Positions 25,181-40,000 of a stretch of 64,000 bases of DNA are shown here, piece after piece. The notes under the pieces are model-generated. The model was not told where the DNA came from. It saw only the letters and a program-made list of their open reading frames with translations, and did no database searches. Each line of letters starts with the position of its first letter. Within the stretch, counting starts at the first letter, position 1. Origin of the DNA: Catajapyx aquilonaris (lineage: Eukaryota); contig KZ538868.1 of the NCBI GenBank assembly GCA_000934665.2, forward strand, positions 1 through 64,000. Direction: 5' to 3'. Made by a program: the position numbers and the translations under genes.

Positions 25181-26238
25181 GCACTCTTTGCATATGGCCA
25201 CATGAATTCTTGGAGGATATCCCTGCACACTTCCTTGGTCAAGATACCTACAATTAGGTGCAGGAGATCAATTGCAGGAGAGCTACAGCAGCCCAAGGAA
25301 GTGTGCAGGGATATCCTCCAAGAAGTCATGTGGCCATAAGCAAGGAATGCTTTGGGCCAATCTCTCCTGTACCAGTATGACAACGACCCAAAGCACTCCT
25401 CCGCGTTCGTCTGTACTTGGCTGCACCAGTAGAGGGTGGCCATAATGGACTGGCCAAGCTGATCTCCGGACCCCAATCCAATAAAGCACTTATGGGAGGA
25501 TCTAAAGAACAAAAAAGCATCCATTACCACCCATAAGTACAACCAACTGGCGGTAGAGTGGAAGATGATCTCACAATCGGTGTTGGACAAGTTGGTCGCT
25601 TGAATGCCTCACTTATGTCAAACTGTCATTGACGCCAAGGGTTACCAACCCAAGTACAAGATGGGAGTGATTAGCTTGTCAAGTTTTGTAGCATTTGGTC
25701 GAGTTTTCAGAATGTTATGGTTGTTGAAAATTTTGTTTAATTTTGAAGTACGTGAGAAAATAAACAAAAACATTGTTTACTTTTCTTCTGCAGAAGAAAT
25801 TCTTCAAATCTTACATAATTATTCTCTTTACATGCCATTGTGGATAGCATGTTCAAATTTCAGCTCAATTGGATCGCTCTGAAAAAGTTACGCCCAAAAA
25901 ACAAAAAGTTAATATAATTATGGCCACCACTGTATATTTTTCTACAATTTTTTAAAAGCATATTTCTAAGCCTAACTATACAGGGTGTTTACTCTGCCCA
26001 AGGGGGAAGGACAAAGGCACCTCTGGCAATGTAACAAAGTTTGCAGCATGCAAACTGGTAAAGACATACCCAAATGTTGCACAGTGTCTGGACCAGAGTA
26101 ATACAGCCCAGGAGTGAATAATATGTTAATCCATCAACTCTCCCTTGTCCCCCTCTGGATTGTCACTTAGGTAGAGAAACACCCTGTATATTTCCAAATT
26201 GAATTCGCCAACCATAAATTTATAAATTAATACGAGCA

Positions 26239-26286
26239 TAAATGCTATTGTAAATGCTATTGAAATGCTATTGTAAATGCTATTGT
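26239..26286. repeat. Tandem repeat, 4 copies of (t)aaatgctattg
   Basis: Direct reading; ends 40 nt upstream of the last UGDH acceptor. Confidence 0.85.
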
Positions 26287-26326
26287 CATAAGTCCAAAAC
26301 AGTATCAAACCAACCTTACTTTTCAG

Positions 26327-26503
26327 AGTTTGGACTACCACAAACTGTATGCCAACATGCAGAAGCCAGCATATATATTTGATGGGCGGAAAATACTGGA
26401 TCACGCGGAACTAGTGAAGATTGGTTTTCATGTTGAGACCATCGGGAAAAGGTTGGTTCGAAATGCACTGACCCGAGGGTGGGGCAGCCCATATCAGGTA
26501 TAA
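26327..26503 (+). CDS. UGDH: UDP-glucose 6-dehydrogenase, last coding exon (absent from the ORF track)
   Basis: Acceptor acttttcag; SLDYHKLYANMQKPAYIFDGRKILDH...IGFHVETIGK...GWGSPYQV*. Total CDS 1449 nt. AATAAA at 26859-26864. Confidence 0.95.
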   Translation, partial: SLDYHKLYANMQKPAYIFDGRKILDHAELVKIGFHVETIGKRLVRNALTRGWGSPYQV

Positions 26504-29500
26504 AACTGTCCACGCAATACAGTACTTCATGAAATACTTAACAGTATATTTTCCAATCTCATATAAGTATTACGCACGAAAATCTATTTATTTGTATTCA
26601 AACTTTTTTTATTTGGTTTTACTCGAGTTGTTTTCTACTTAGTGGGAATAAGTAGAAATTGCTCATTCTAGCCAGTATACTCTCAAGGTGTTATTTATTC
26701 TGCCAAGCTATTTTATTACGGTTTTAGACTTATCTGATCTTGTACTCATTTGTACTCATTACAAAGAATCATGCAACATGTACTTTACTTAAGAACATGT
26801 GCTTCCAGGAGAGAATCTGTAATCTTTGTAGTGGGAGGTGCTATCGACCTTGACCAAAAATAAACATTTTTTTGCAGAAATATTGTGAGTTCTACTCGAG
26901 ATCACCATGAGAGTCACCATGAGATGCCTTGCATACTGATAGATGCATCTGAAAGTGAGAAAGCAGACATGCGACCTGACATGACTTTTTTTGGATCTTA
27001 AAATGAGTAGCTTCCCCAGCAAGGACCATAACTCTCACTTTGTTCATCAGTGGAAAATGTTTTCAGATTTTGTTTCAGCAATGTAGCACAAGTGTGTTTG
27101 TTTGCACCAGACTGTCATGCACATGTTTTGAATTTTATCGAGGGGTCAGGGTTAAGTTCCAATTATAGCTAGTCAGAAACAATTGACTGTATAGGTCTAG
27201 TCAATCTAGTCACTCCTCTTATGTGACTCCTCTTATGAGACCTGAATAATACCAATAAATTATACAGTATTATCACATATATGATTAGGATTTCCCCACG
27301 TCATCATTCCGCGGGCAAATTGTACGATGATAGGAGACAAGGTAATGAACAGAATAAATGCTTGGATAGTAAATCTGCTGACAAATCAAAGTCTTCTACA
27401 ACCACAGTTGGTCAGCACACTCGATGCAATGGCCAATACACACAACATGATAAAGCTTAAACCTAGTTTATCGAAGTAACTTAAGAATGGAGGGGTAGAG
27501 CAAAGGAATAAAAATAGTAATGGCTCAAGCAGGCCCTCCTCAGCCCTTACTTACAGGTGTGATTGTTCCACCAGCAACATTGTGTATCCAGACCACTTCA
27601 TCTGATCACCAGTAGGTGTGTGGCGACAACTATTTCGCACAATTTTTACTTCCATTTCAACAAAATTGTAGCTGAGCCTTTTGTAAGGCAAGACTTCATT
27701 TCTCAAAAGACAGTGGAGAATGTTGTGAAACTTGACATAAACAGAAAAAGTTTACCTCTATGCAGCAACAAATATTGACTGTGAAGCATTAGCAGTGCAC
27801 AAGCAAGCTCAGCACAAGACCTTCAAGTAATAACCTTCATTTACAGTATAAGCAATTAAGCATTTTGCTTACACTCTAAACTAGTCAAAGGCACTGGCAT
27901 AATCAGCAATTTGATGAGAGGCAAAATCTGAGCAACCTATACTTCAAATTATTATGACACAGGTTGGTCACAAGGCAAAGTAATAGGAATTAAACATTCC
28001 AAAGCCCTGGAAGCACCAAACTTACCCATCAATAAAACTCATTCATCTTCAGTTTTGATAGTTATTGTTGGCAACAAATTAACCAACCCTTAAAAACATG
28101 TTTTGCGTAAAAGCCAGGCAGATTTGTTTTGCTGAATTTGGCATTCCCTACCCTGTGTAATATCTACATCTTGAAATTCACTATTTAGAACCCATAGAAA
28201 TCATTGGAGGACTGACTGCAACAGTGAACTAACCCACACTTCGCACAATCAGAGAAAATGGACTCTAAAGTTCAAGTGTGGGAAAATAGATTTATTTGCA
28301 CATTGCTGCAAAAATTGCCTCACATTTTGGCACACATCTGAAGAGCTTATTATGGTTTATTACAGGTTGAAGATCATGAATAAGGAATACACTATTATCA
28401 ATTTCCACCATTATGGCAATGTTGTGGGGCCAACCTACTGTTGTTGCAGTAAGCCCTTCAATTAACTACGTAATATTGATGCATTTTTAAATTTCCACTG
28501 TCGAAGTTTGTGTCATATTCTGGAAGGTTGAGCAGTAGGCAAGTGGGAGAGCCAAGTGCATGGCTTGTCACTATGGAATTATTTATTCAGAATTAAAGTA
28601 ATTGTGTACATGTCATCCGAGCTCTATCATGAACTATGCTTCCCAAAAGCAAAGTGATATAACAATATGGGAGCCACGTAGGTTATTCCTCATTAAACAG
28701 TATGAAAACAAGAGTAAGTGACCTTGTGTACAATTTTGCACTGAAATAATTCCCCCTCCCCCCCCCCCCCTTCATTACTCCCATTTTCCCCAACTCCGCA
28801 ATTGTTGTTTTTCTGATCCCTTGGAGCTCTCCTCACACTGTTTTCATGCAACAGGTATGATCATGGGTAGCTACAACACAGGCTACCAGAAAAATGCCTG
28901 TGTCACATTCATTTGACCCAGACCTTCGTAAGTGTTATCTTCTTGCCTTGAGATAATGATTTGAACACAGTTCGCGAGTTCTGATCTGTGAAAAAGGACG
29001 TGGGTTTGACCTGTTGGTTGTGTGATTTCAGTGCCAGGGAATGAGGCATACCACTGCTGAAAAGAGCTGTTTGTGACACAGGTGAAGTTTATTTCTGATA
29101 CGAACGTCAATGACATAACCCAATTTTATGTCCCCTGTTGAGTAAAATATACTCGTAAAGCCACAAATAATGAGCCTTCCTATACACATCAATCCATCTA
29201 GAAATAAATAGGGTGTGAAAGTATGGCGCCGTCGCGTATATTTCCTAGCATCAGATGCATTTGGTGCCCATCGGAGCGTGTGGTAGGGAGGGTTGAAGCA
29301 TATGCCTCCTCTGATGATGACTCGTTGGCCCTCTTTGGAATGAAGTGTCAAATATTGTCCCTTCCCTGCAGGGGGGACCCCCCCGAATGTTCCTCTGGAT
29401 GGATGGATGGTCCGTCGGAGGGAGGGGATATCCTTACAAAAAAGGGGAGACAGTCGCGTGGGATCTGATTGAGCGTGAAAAAAGGGAGAGGGTCCCAAAG

Positions 29501-30021
29501 GCTCGTGGGAAAATGCTGTAATACTTGATACCTGCTTAAACCAATAGGTGAGAGCGTCCTCTAAATAGTTGGATGTGCAAAATGGGGCCGGGCAGAACGC
29601 CTCCCAATTATTTTTGGCCAGCTCTTTTCTATTCGGAGGATAGCGTGAGCCCGGTTTTAAAAAAGACTCGCGTGAGAAGGTTCAGGGCCCAAATCGCAAA
29701 TTTGCATATTGATTTCACAAGGTCGAGTCAAGTTTAGGCTCTTCGATTCCATTACATACGGGATGATACGCTGGAGTCTAGATCCTTACTATATGGAAAC
29801 ATCTCTAGCATCCCTGCCTCTCTATCCGAACTATCCCAAACCCACACCCAAAATTCCGTCTCCTCTCAACGCTCTCAACTCTGCAGCTTTTGCAATCAAT
29901 ACTCATTTCCCGGAGCGGAATTATATAGAAAAATCGATGAACCTTTTAGTCGAGTCTTTTGTTTTAGGAGACGGAGCGTGAAATAGGCGTAAGTGAAGCT
30001 TTCGGGTAGGAAGTGATGCTG

Positions 30022-30026
<5 letters not shown>

Positions 30027-30060
<34 letters not shown>
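30027..30060. repeat. (GA)n microsatellite
   Basis: Direct reading. Confidence 0.95.
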
Positions 30061-30063
<3 letters not shown>

Positions 30064-33000
30064 AGGAGAGGGAGAGAGGTGACGGCTCGATTGACAAGGA
30101 GTCGCAAAGGGAGTCGTCTAATGGGGCCTACACTAGGCCGACTCTCATTAGAAGAAGTGTCACCTCCTTAACCTCATTTTTGTGCAAATTTTTGACGGAG
30201 TTATGGTGGAATTTCTTAATGGTGGAGAAAATTCCACCCATTTAATGCTGGAAATTATATGGAAATAAACGATTTTGCTGGCCCGAGGAAGTGTAAAGAG
30301 AGTAAGTTTAAATTAAAAGCGCACTTGATAAACTAGGAAGAGCACAGAGGTAGAAGGCCAGCCCTAACAGTATATACAGTGTTTCTGTGCTGCTTGTACA
30401 AGAACTGCACAAGTACAATGTCAAGGAGTCATATGGGGTATATCCGCTCCCATTTCATCCTATGGAGCAAGTGTGCATCATCCACATGGGTGGTCAGTTG
30501 TAAAGAACCAGTTCGACAAGGCAGGGGAACAAGAGTGTCGGTGAAAAGGTAATATCAAAAAATGTTTCAGAGGCTCAAGTACTGTATAGTACACAAAATG
30601 ATGCAGACTGTGCAAAAATGTCATTTGAAAAATAATTTTATCCAATATCCATTACGATTAAGCGTACGTATATGGTGTGTGTGTCTATTGATATGTGCTA
30701 CGGAGTTGTTTTGCATGAAAGGCGACACACATTAAGATTAGGGCAAGAGGATGTTAAGGATTTCCTGCATCCTAAGACGTATAATAATATGGCGTGTTCA
30801 AACTGCATCATGTGGACGCAAGTACCTGCATCAAGGTCACACAATGCAAAATTATCTACGAACCCTATCGGCTAGTTCTATGCAGATGCGAAACTCACTC
30901 CTAGACAATATGAATGAAATCGCAAGGAAATGTTCTCGGTTACGTAAACACAATCTTTTTCGAGAGGAAATGAAAACTCTAAGATTAGTACCCTATGGGC
31001 ATACTTCAGGAGTAATTTTAACTGTCTTACCGACTCCACTAATGCGTTGTAGGAATGATATCTGTCATCGACCATAGTTGTAGGATATGCTACCTATTTG
31101 ATATCTAAAAAGTCAGCAAAGATGCATAGTTTACAAACATTTTTTTTGCGTTACTTCCGTAAATTAGCCCCTGATAATACAGTAACGATTTTTTTATTTG
31201 TGTACAAAAGAGGTGTATGAGGGGGGTCCTAGAGAATCGCATCTTTTTCTGACGAACCCAGTGGGATTTTATTACACCCGTGATTTTTGTCCTACCCCCC
31301 GTCAATTCCAGCAATCAAGTGCGCCAGGAGGGAATCAGACCGCGTGGGAAGAGGATTGGCTAATAAACTTGCTCTCTTTTTTCCCCCCTAAGCAAGTAAT
31401 TTGAATATTACGCTGATTTGGAGGCAGTGAGGTGGAAAGAGGCAATAGATCATTCCCTAGTGACCTCATCAGCAGGATGGGGACGGAGAAAAAAGTGGGA
31501 GAAAGGTGGTGTAATTTTCATTTCACTGGCGGAAAAGTGACCAAAGCATCGATTTGTTAGGGCAATTAGGAGGTGGGGAGGACTGGTGGGGCACGTGCCC
31601 CCTTGCTCTCTCTTTCGCCTCTCCTGTGTGGTGCCCCCCTGAAGCGACACGCGATTTCCGGAAGTTAGGGCAGAAGAAAAGTCAGACTTGGGCTTCAGAG
31701 GCCGCACGCAAGGTCCTACGTCGGTACACTCCTCGACACTTAAAAGTCGGCTTAATAGGTTCTGTACACGTACTGTACATTTAAATCCTGACATAAATTG
31801 ATTTTTTAAAATATTATGTAGCACCGTGCTTCTGGGTTGTAAAAAAAAAAAAAAAAGTCGCGACATTTTTTTCCCACGGGAAATGTCAAATTGGTAATTC
31901 CCAAGCTGTTGGGCCTGGAGCATGTGTCAGATGGTAATTACCAAGCGAGGAAACTGGTGGACGTGACCGCAGCACGGAATGGGCTTCGTTGTGCTCAGTC
32001 CCAATACTGCCTATAAGGTTCGTTCATGTGAAGGATGCTGCTAGAGGCGACAAAATATCTGCAACGATATTAGCTGAATTAGTTAGCAATATGGTTCAAT
32101 CAATAGCAGTTTCTTACCATGATGATGGCCACTTCGTCATATCTATCCATTTCAAAAATTTCAAAAGAGGTTGAAATAAAAGCAGGATTAAGCAGCAGAT
32201 ATCGTCATATATATTTTTTTGGACCTCGTGTCACATGGAACAGTAAAATACCTAAATACAATGTCCAGGACTACTTGCACGTACATTTATATCTCGGGGG
32301 ATCACAAAGGATTTGGTGGGTAAGGTTTCTTTTTATGTACAAACATTGCCTCGGGAAACTTTCATATGTACAATTACATGTTAAAAGTGTGGACATTGCC
32401 GCGGTGTTGACCGTCAGTGCTCTGTGCTGCTGCTGTGGGAAACAAAAATCAGATAAATGTGAAACATTTTGTTGACTAGGAACATATGGACTAGAAAAAC
32501 GAAAAAAAAAAAACACAACCATTTGCTGAGATCATTACGCTTATTTTTAGGTACATCAGTGCGAGAGATTATTTTGTAGAACCAGCTGATGCAGCAGAGG
32601 ACACAGAATGCTCGATAACTCATCTTCCCGTGAATGATCCCGGGGGTGCCAATCAATCAATCGCAATTAACCAGCAGCCGCTTGCATAATGGACATGGTA
32701 GTTATTATTGTCGCAGCTGCATCGCATTTTCTGCCCTCGCTCATTCCCTCATTTTAGCTTAGCACGTATGGTGTTTCACATACGCACATAAGGGGAGGGT
32801 ATTCTATAACCCAAAAATTCGACTAGACTTTTTCACCATTGCATTGGAATGAAACAGAACAGAACTGTCTCAGTACATGACCACAAACATTCACAGCACA
32901 TGAGCGCAACAGTTATTTTTTAAATCCTTTTTAAGGGTGGGTCTTGCAGATGGAGGCATCTACAAGTGACATTTTTTGGGGGGATTACTTCTGAAAGCTA

Positions 33001-33714
33001 TTCCATCACAGTATATAGCGTCCATTCATTGTCGCACACCGAAGGGAGGAAAAAAATCTGACTCGTACACTTTGTACACGTCGGTTCAGTTATTTGCTTG
33101 TTGACCGAGTGGGGCTGGTTGACCTTAGGTCAGTAGTGTCCCCTGATGGGATGACTCGTGTATTGCACCTTCTTTTGCGTGATGTCACTTTTTGCACTTT
33201 TACACGCAACTACCTCACACCTCCTTTCTGCGTCTCTCCCCACGGTGGTCAGCCATTGACGAGGTCACCGGGCGGAAAACGGGTCGCATGTGAAATTTTG
33301 ATACCGACGCACATTGTCATTTTGCGATTACAATGGAAACTTTCACAACAGGAAACCTCCTTATCGTACTGCTCGAAGACGCGACACTCCCCCCATCTCA
33401 GGACCTCCGTCATTGTTGCAGCAAAATAAGGGAAATTGGGTGCACCATTTCAAGATTAGGGGGGGACAAAATTGGCAGTCGTTTACGTCGCATAATTTCC
33501 CCCAAAGAGTCGATAAGAGATTCCTCCAACAATTAATGACAAGATCCATTCGGTACCTGAATGATGAGAGTTTGTCAGTGATAAGAACAGAAAGGTGAAG
33601 ACCATTGTTAGAGAGGGCAAACAGAGAGAGAGACACGACCCCGGTTGACCCCCGGGTGGGTTGAACAGAGGTTGGGAGGTGGGAGGCAGCTTAGGGCCTG
33701 GCCCAGCGCGGTTG

Positions 33715-33863
33715 TCATGCATAGTGCGGGTATGACCCGAGGTGCGACGCCACATGCGTCGGGTGGTGCGGCATGGAGTGCGTAGATGCCGCCGCTGCGA
33801 TGTTCGAGTACAGGTTGGCCCCGGGGTTGGCCCAGTAGCTGCTTGGCGACGGGAAGATGCTGG
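33715..33863 (-). CDS. Ets65A: ERG/FLI-family ETS factor, last coding exon
   Basis: ASIFPSPSSYW...SHLGSYPHYA* resembles the ERG/FLI C-terminus (SHLGxY); acceptor cccattccag. Confidence 0.88.
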
Positions 33864-33935
33864 CTGGAATGGGGGAAATGACCACAATTGAAGTGTAACA
33901 CAAGTTATACTCATGTGCTGTCGTCTGATACGCAC

Positions 33936-34144
33936 CTGAGGAGGACGGGATGGCGGCATGGGGGCCCATGAAGTTGAGCTTGGTGCCTGGGTGGTACGAT
34001 GACATGAAGAGGTCAGACTGGTACTTGTATGCGGCGGGGTCAGCGGCTGCCGGCTGCGTGGCTGCAGCCAGGCCCTGGAAGTCGAACTTGTATGCGTACC
34101 GCTTCCCGTGCACCTTCGTCATAATGTTCTTGTCGTAGTAGTAC
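33936..34144 (-). CDS. Ets65A: ERG/FLI-family ETS factor, ETS domain C-terminal exon
   Basis: YYYDKNIMTKVHGKRYAYKFDFQGLA...AYKYQSDLF; flanked by caacag and G|gtgcgt. Confidence 0.96.
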
Positions 34145-34174
34145 CTGTTGGGGGACCCACACGTTTCAATATTA

Positions 34175-34435
<261 letters not shown>

Positions 34436-36967
34436 CTAGCAGCATCTTTTATTATTATGATGATGTCACAATGCGATATGACCAGCGACAGTGTATACAT
34501 GCGAACCCTTCTGGTGGGCATGAGAGGCGTGATCGGAATGGCAGCAGGAGCAGACATGTTGAGGGAAAGCTTTCATCGAACGGTGGCTATGGGGGCCCCG
34601 CCACCAATCACGGGCGGCTTGGATCTTGCCTGCGCTCACTTATCGGCTTTTCCTAACTCACTCGCTCTGAACTTGCGTGTCCCTCCCTCCCTTCCCCCTC
34701 AACATGGCTTCCTGCGATTGACTCCTCTTTCTCAACCGCTGTTTTGTGCCCCCGAGCATCACATCACTGCCTCTGAATAATGCCAACGCGACTCGCTCAG
34801 AAATCAGAGAATGTGGGTAAATAAGCTCACCAACTGTACTTGGAACGTGCAGAGTCAGACTCATGCGGTGCTGCCGTATTTAATGCAACTTACTGCCATT
34901 TTTATTCGTAATTTATTTTGCACTCGAAGCAATTTGACGAGAAAGATTTGTTACGCGTACATCACCAGACAGAGTCACTGCTAGTATATAACGAGTTATA
35001 AAAAAAAACTGATGTCACGGTGTATGTGGTGAAGTAATGTTACTGAAATAAGTGACATGCTTCCACCCTATTGTTATTGTACTATTCGAGTGCTTCAATG
35101 TCACATCTGTCTAATCCTGATGTTTTTGTAACTTTTCGGAAATTCCGTGTAAGTTAGGAGATATTGCATTTACGTGGAATCGTGATGTGCAATTAACTAT
35201 GTACAAGTGGTTATTACAGTGTAGTGTAATTAAGGGCCTATGAGTAGATTCTCAGAAATTGCCGCTTATCTGCAGCTACACAGAAAGCGTCCTTGACCTT
35301 CAATGTAATTGTACGGTGTCGGAATTGATCTGGATGTTTACACCTACATTTTTTCTGATAATAAGTAATTGATACCATTACGTGCTATATAAAACTTTTC
35401 CCGAGATAATATTAGAATTCTGTTTCTATACGTAATTTCCCTCGATAAAATCTACAGGGTAAATTTAACTAAAGAGCACTATCAAGAGCGTCCATCTTTT
35501 ACTTCCCAATATAATCTTGATCAGTAAATAAATAACGACACTATTTACATTTTTGCTTAAAATAGTCTGCAGTTGCCATTCATCACTATGAAATGCACAC
35601 GTGCCACAAGTGACAAAAACCATCAAACACACAACATTGTTCTCTATAATGCAACATTTGTGTTATCACCACAAGTGCATGAAAAGAGCCGCGAAGATTA
35701 CAGAACTGTCTCAGAATATTTGGGAACTAATTTGCTGTTGTTCACACTACAAAAACAGCTGGAGGGGAGGGGGGCAAAAAAAAGTAGACCAGTAGGGAGG
35801 GTGTAAAATTCAGTGTGAAAAAGCTTTTGGAGAGAGAGAGAGCAGAGCGGATTCATTCCATTAGGAGCCCATTAAGCGCTGTTTCGTGTCCAGTGATTTT
35901 TTTTCCTGGCAGAGAGGGGAGTATGTGAGAGAGGGGAGGTCTTACTCCACATACACATATGTCGCTAGGTGCGGCCTTTCATACTCGCACCTGATGTTTG
36001 TGGATCAGTTATGAGCCAGGGGCGAGAGTATCGTTATTGGATGGCAAAGGGCGAGGTTTGGCTGTGTGCAAGCGGAACGCCAAACAGGCTTAAATGGGCG
36101 TGAAAATNNNNNNNNNNNNNNNNNNNNGGGGGGGGGGTGTTTCTCCCCCCCTCCCCCTCCCCCACCTCTCTTTTTGGAGTCCCCTCCAAAAACACACGGG
36201 GGAGGAATAAATTGAATGCTAATCCCTGCGGACCACTCGCCAGGATTTGGGCTGCTATCAGATGAGTCTGCCTCTGGGGACCACTTGCCACCAGCACTTT
36301 TTTTATATTATTTTTCCGCCCACGCCCTTTTGCACGCTACCAACACCTTTGCCATGTTTAAAAGTGAGTCACTGGTCGTTGTCATATCCACAAAAGGTCA
36401 ATGTTTGTATCCCCTTCCTTTGCCCCCGTTGTCGTAATTTGTATTACCATCGATTTGATTCCGATTGTGATTCGATTTGCGCCCCATGCTGACAGGGACA
36501 GTGCTTGGGGTTAGTCAGCAGTTACGTGGATCAACTGCGGAACTTTTGAGTTTCCTTTTTAGATTATCGGGCGGAATAAGGATGTTGGCTTAGGAAATAA
36601 GGGCAAATCACAAAGGAGTGCTGTCTCGGATTTTGCTGTGTCAGTAAGCCATACGATGGATGCTGCATCCTGAGTACACATCGCGAGCGAAGTTGTAGGT
36701 TTGATTTGCATATTATTGAAAGAGCGAGACAACAAATTACAATATGTTGCGAATTGCGGGATTCGATTAGAGAGTCGCTATATCACTGAATTGTTCGAAA
36801 ATTGTACCTTTGACGTTGTACTGTACCTTTGTATACATAGTGCCACTGTGCATGCAGTTGTGGAGTGAGGACTGAGGAGTGAATTGAAACATAGAGGATA
36901 TCGGTTTGGTGAAAATGCAGATTTATCTACACTAGGATATCAATATTATCATCAAAGTTGAACTTAC

Positions 36968-37015
36968 CAGAACTGGCCAAACGGCTGCTGGTCGGACCGA
37001 ACATTTGGTAGGGAT
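36968..37015 (-). CDS. Ets65A: ETS factor, 48-bp exon
   Basis: (D)PYQMFGPTSSRLASS(G), the conserved pre-ETS motif; flanked by gtttcag and G|gtaagt. Confidence 0.93.
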
Positions 37016-40000
37016 CTGAAACAATGTAAGGATATCAGATTTCATAATTCTGGAGGCCAACTTATAGTTTAGGCTTACTTAATTTGATGACAGTGTGAAG
37101 TTATTCAACTTTGTGTACAACAAATTTAGGCCAATGAGACCATGCTAATCATTTGGTATCACTATTCGAGTTTTATTTTGTTGTACAGTACATGTACCAG
37201 GCATATATGAAGCTCTATAATTATTATATGAAATCTAAGATCACTGTCACACACAAGGTGTTCTTAAAGGTGCGCATTTCCTCTTGAGCATGGTGGGTCT
37301 CTCTACCTTAACCGCAATTTCGGAACCATTACATATAATGACATGTTAATTTTTGTTGCAATGTCCAAATCAGATACAGAATATCTATGCATGTAATGCG
37401 ACACATGTAACACGGAGGATGTGAGGGTGGAAGAATCCGCATGAAAATTCTTATTGTCCACCAGGTGTATGGCATGACTAACATCAACATGAAATTATAT
37501 CTGTAACAAAACTGAACTCTCCAAAACCACGTAGAGCAATAATTTTGTCTTGGCTATCGCAAAGGACAAAAATATGAAAGCAAGTTTGCACCTTTTAGAA
37601 ACATCTCGTATATCCCGAGCGAGCAACGTAGGAATGTAGGCATATAAAATTATCTAAGTCACAATCAACAGCAGCTTTATTACTTTTAGTGTAATATGTG
37701 TCAATAGTAGAGCAATATTATTGGGTATCCAATGACTCCGATTAATTTTAAGTGACCCAATTAGTGTTTATGAGATAGCCATAAACTTACTTATATAATA
37801 ATTGCGGAATATTATTTTCGGGATAGAATAGGACTTTGCACAAGGGATAAGGTGAGACGTGTATTACCTAAGGGGGAATGGTATTACGCGAGTAACATAT
37901 GAGAAAACTCTCTCCTGCTGAATTTACTCATTTCCCTTTCCAACACATTTCGTGTAAACGATTTATAACTTACTACTGCCTGTCAAAAACGTTTCGGCCA
38001 AAAATGCTCCCTGGAGATACACAACCATCAACACTCATGTGTTGTTTTCACATAGGTGAATGCTTGAACGAGTGATGCTGATGGTTGTAGATCGCCAAGA
38101 TAGGTCTGGATTAAACATTTGTTGACAGATATTACATGCCAATTTGGGGTAGTGTCACATGTAACATAGCTTGCTACCATTTTAAAATATTTAAATGTGA
38201 GAATGAGAGCAAATGCAATATTAAAGTAGGTTGTGACAAAGATATATACCTCCTATAGCTTCTGTGTCCATGTACCTCCAACAGTCCTCAATCACATAAT
38301 AAGCTGAGGAAATTGACACAAAATATTTAAAATAGTTCACCCTGACTAAATTAATGAACTTAAGTTTTATTTAATCTGTAATGACTTTCCTGCTATTAAA
38401 ACAGAGCGGATTAGAATGAGTGTGTGAAGTGGTAGTTCTTTACAGAAACGCCCTCTTGCTCTTGTTAACTGCAGGTAATGTAATTTAAAATGTGGCTCTG
38501 CTAATAAGATTTTATCAATCGATATAATAATTTTTATAGAGAAAGACTACCATAAAACACTCGGCAAAAGCCGTACGCGTGGTACTTAAACGACCCAACA
38601 TGATGAGCAATAAACGGACAGTGTCCTGCATCACATTCTGCCTCTGGACTTGGGAATATGGATTTCTTCATTGAATGAGGTCTTATCTTTCCTTTGTACT
38701 TTACCCGAGCCAATTTTTAGCCTCACTTTCAAAACAAAAGAAATGGATCTTGACGTCAGTTATTTTCAGCCGTTCTTTATACGCCGCACAAAGCGTTCTT
38801 GGTATACCGTTACCCCGAATGAATACTGATTCAAATCGACCATATTGCTAAAATAGGTTCGCACTTAGATATTACTGTCAGGAATTGAGATATAATCCCT
38901 GCGACATCGTCCCCGGAGGTTTTTGGCCGCATAATTATATCTAATTCACACTTGGCCTAACACATTTGCTTTTGTGAGTCAGTAAGTAAAGCAGAGGTCT
39001 GGGGGGTGTTGAATGTGGGGGAAGGTTTCTGGCTGAAAATATGGATCACGTCACAGGTCCCCCCCTTCTGAACTTCTAAATCACACCTAGGAATCAGAAG
39101 GTCAATATTTGAGATCCCAGATTGGAAACGAAGTCTAGAGAATTCCATTCTTTCCTTCGATTGAATGGTGATAAAAATACGACGTTAATGCCTCTGCACT
39201 TTTCCTGCTCGAACTTTATTTCCTTCCGCTCATATTACTACCCATGATCTTTGGAGTCATCCTGAGATGGCATGAATCGGACATGTACAGTATGTCATTT
39301 TTTTCCACATGGTCTATAGTCGGTTTTCTGATGTCCAGAGGCAGCATGAGGCAGCCAGCTGTGTATTTGTGAGCGTCCTTTTTAGCTTTTTCCCCCCCTG
39401 AGAAGGGGTCGCGGGGAATGTAATTTGGCGGCGGGTTGATGTCCTGAATTGGCTTGCAATGGCCGCTAATGAAGCGACGAGGCAGAGGATTAGCCCTGAT
39501 CGATGGGGCTTTGGATTGGATTCGATGTCGGCCCTCTATATACCCAGCTCTCTACGGGCGAGAGGTCAGCTGCAGACATATTGCGGTCCTGACCTTCATT
39601 TCCACGCCACTCTGACCTCCATCGCTACTTACTAAATCGCTTTCCAACTTCTATTACGTCCCCAAAATTCTATAGTTGGGAAAAAGCACTTTGATGCACA
39701 TTTTGAAAAATCACATCAATAGTGTAATATGCAGCCAATAATGTTAGTTATGCTGTAGCTTGTAAACATAACCTATAAGATAGGCTTACACAATACAAAT
39801 GGTTCTGTGTGACGCCATGTTAACCGTTTTCCAGCCGAGATTTTTTCGGTAAACAAAATGGCTACACTTTTCAAACTGTTTCACTACCTATATGACTAAA
39901 TGATATTTTTGAAATATCTCTATATAAGCAATGGAAAAACTAACACAATGAATAAATATCTAACAATGTGCAAGTCTCTAATATGTAGGACTAGGCTTCT

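Larger units (their letters stand above)
24137..25932. mobile_element. Fold-back Tc1 derivative: two inverted copies of the transposase 3' end
   Basis: Arms 24145-24752 plus 25193-25238 pair with about 25293-25929. Arms encode decayed YDNDPKHSS, WPS*SPDPNPI and VIDAKGYQPKY. Right end tggccaccactg|TA; left end degenerate. Confidence 0.9.

Noticed and set aside
24601..25590. ORFs with YIYIYI runs and a 193-aa minus-strand ORF
   Set aside because: Translations of the (TA)n tract, the SINE and antisense Tc1 remnants.
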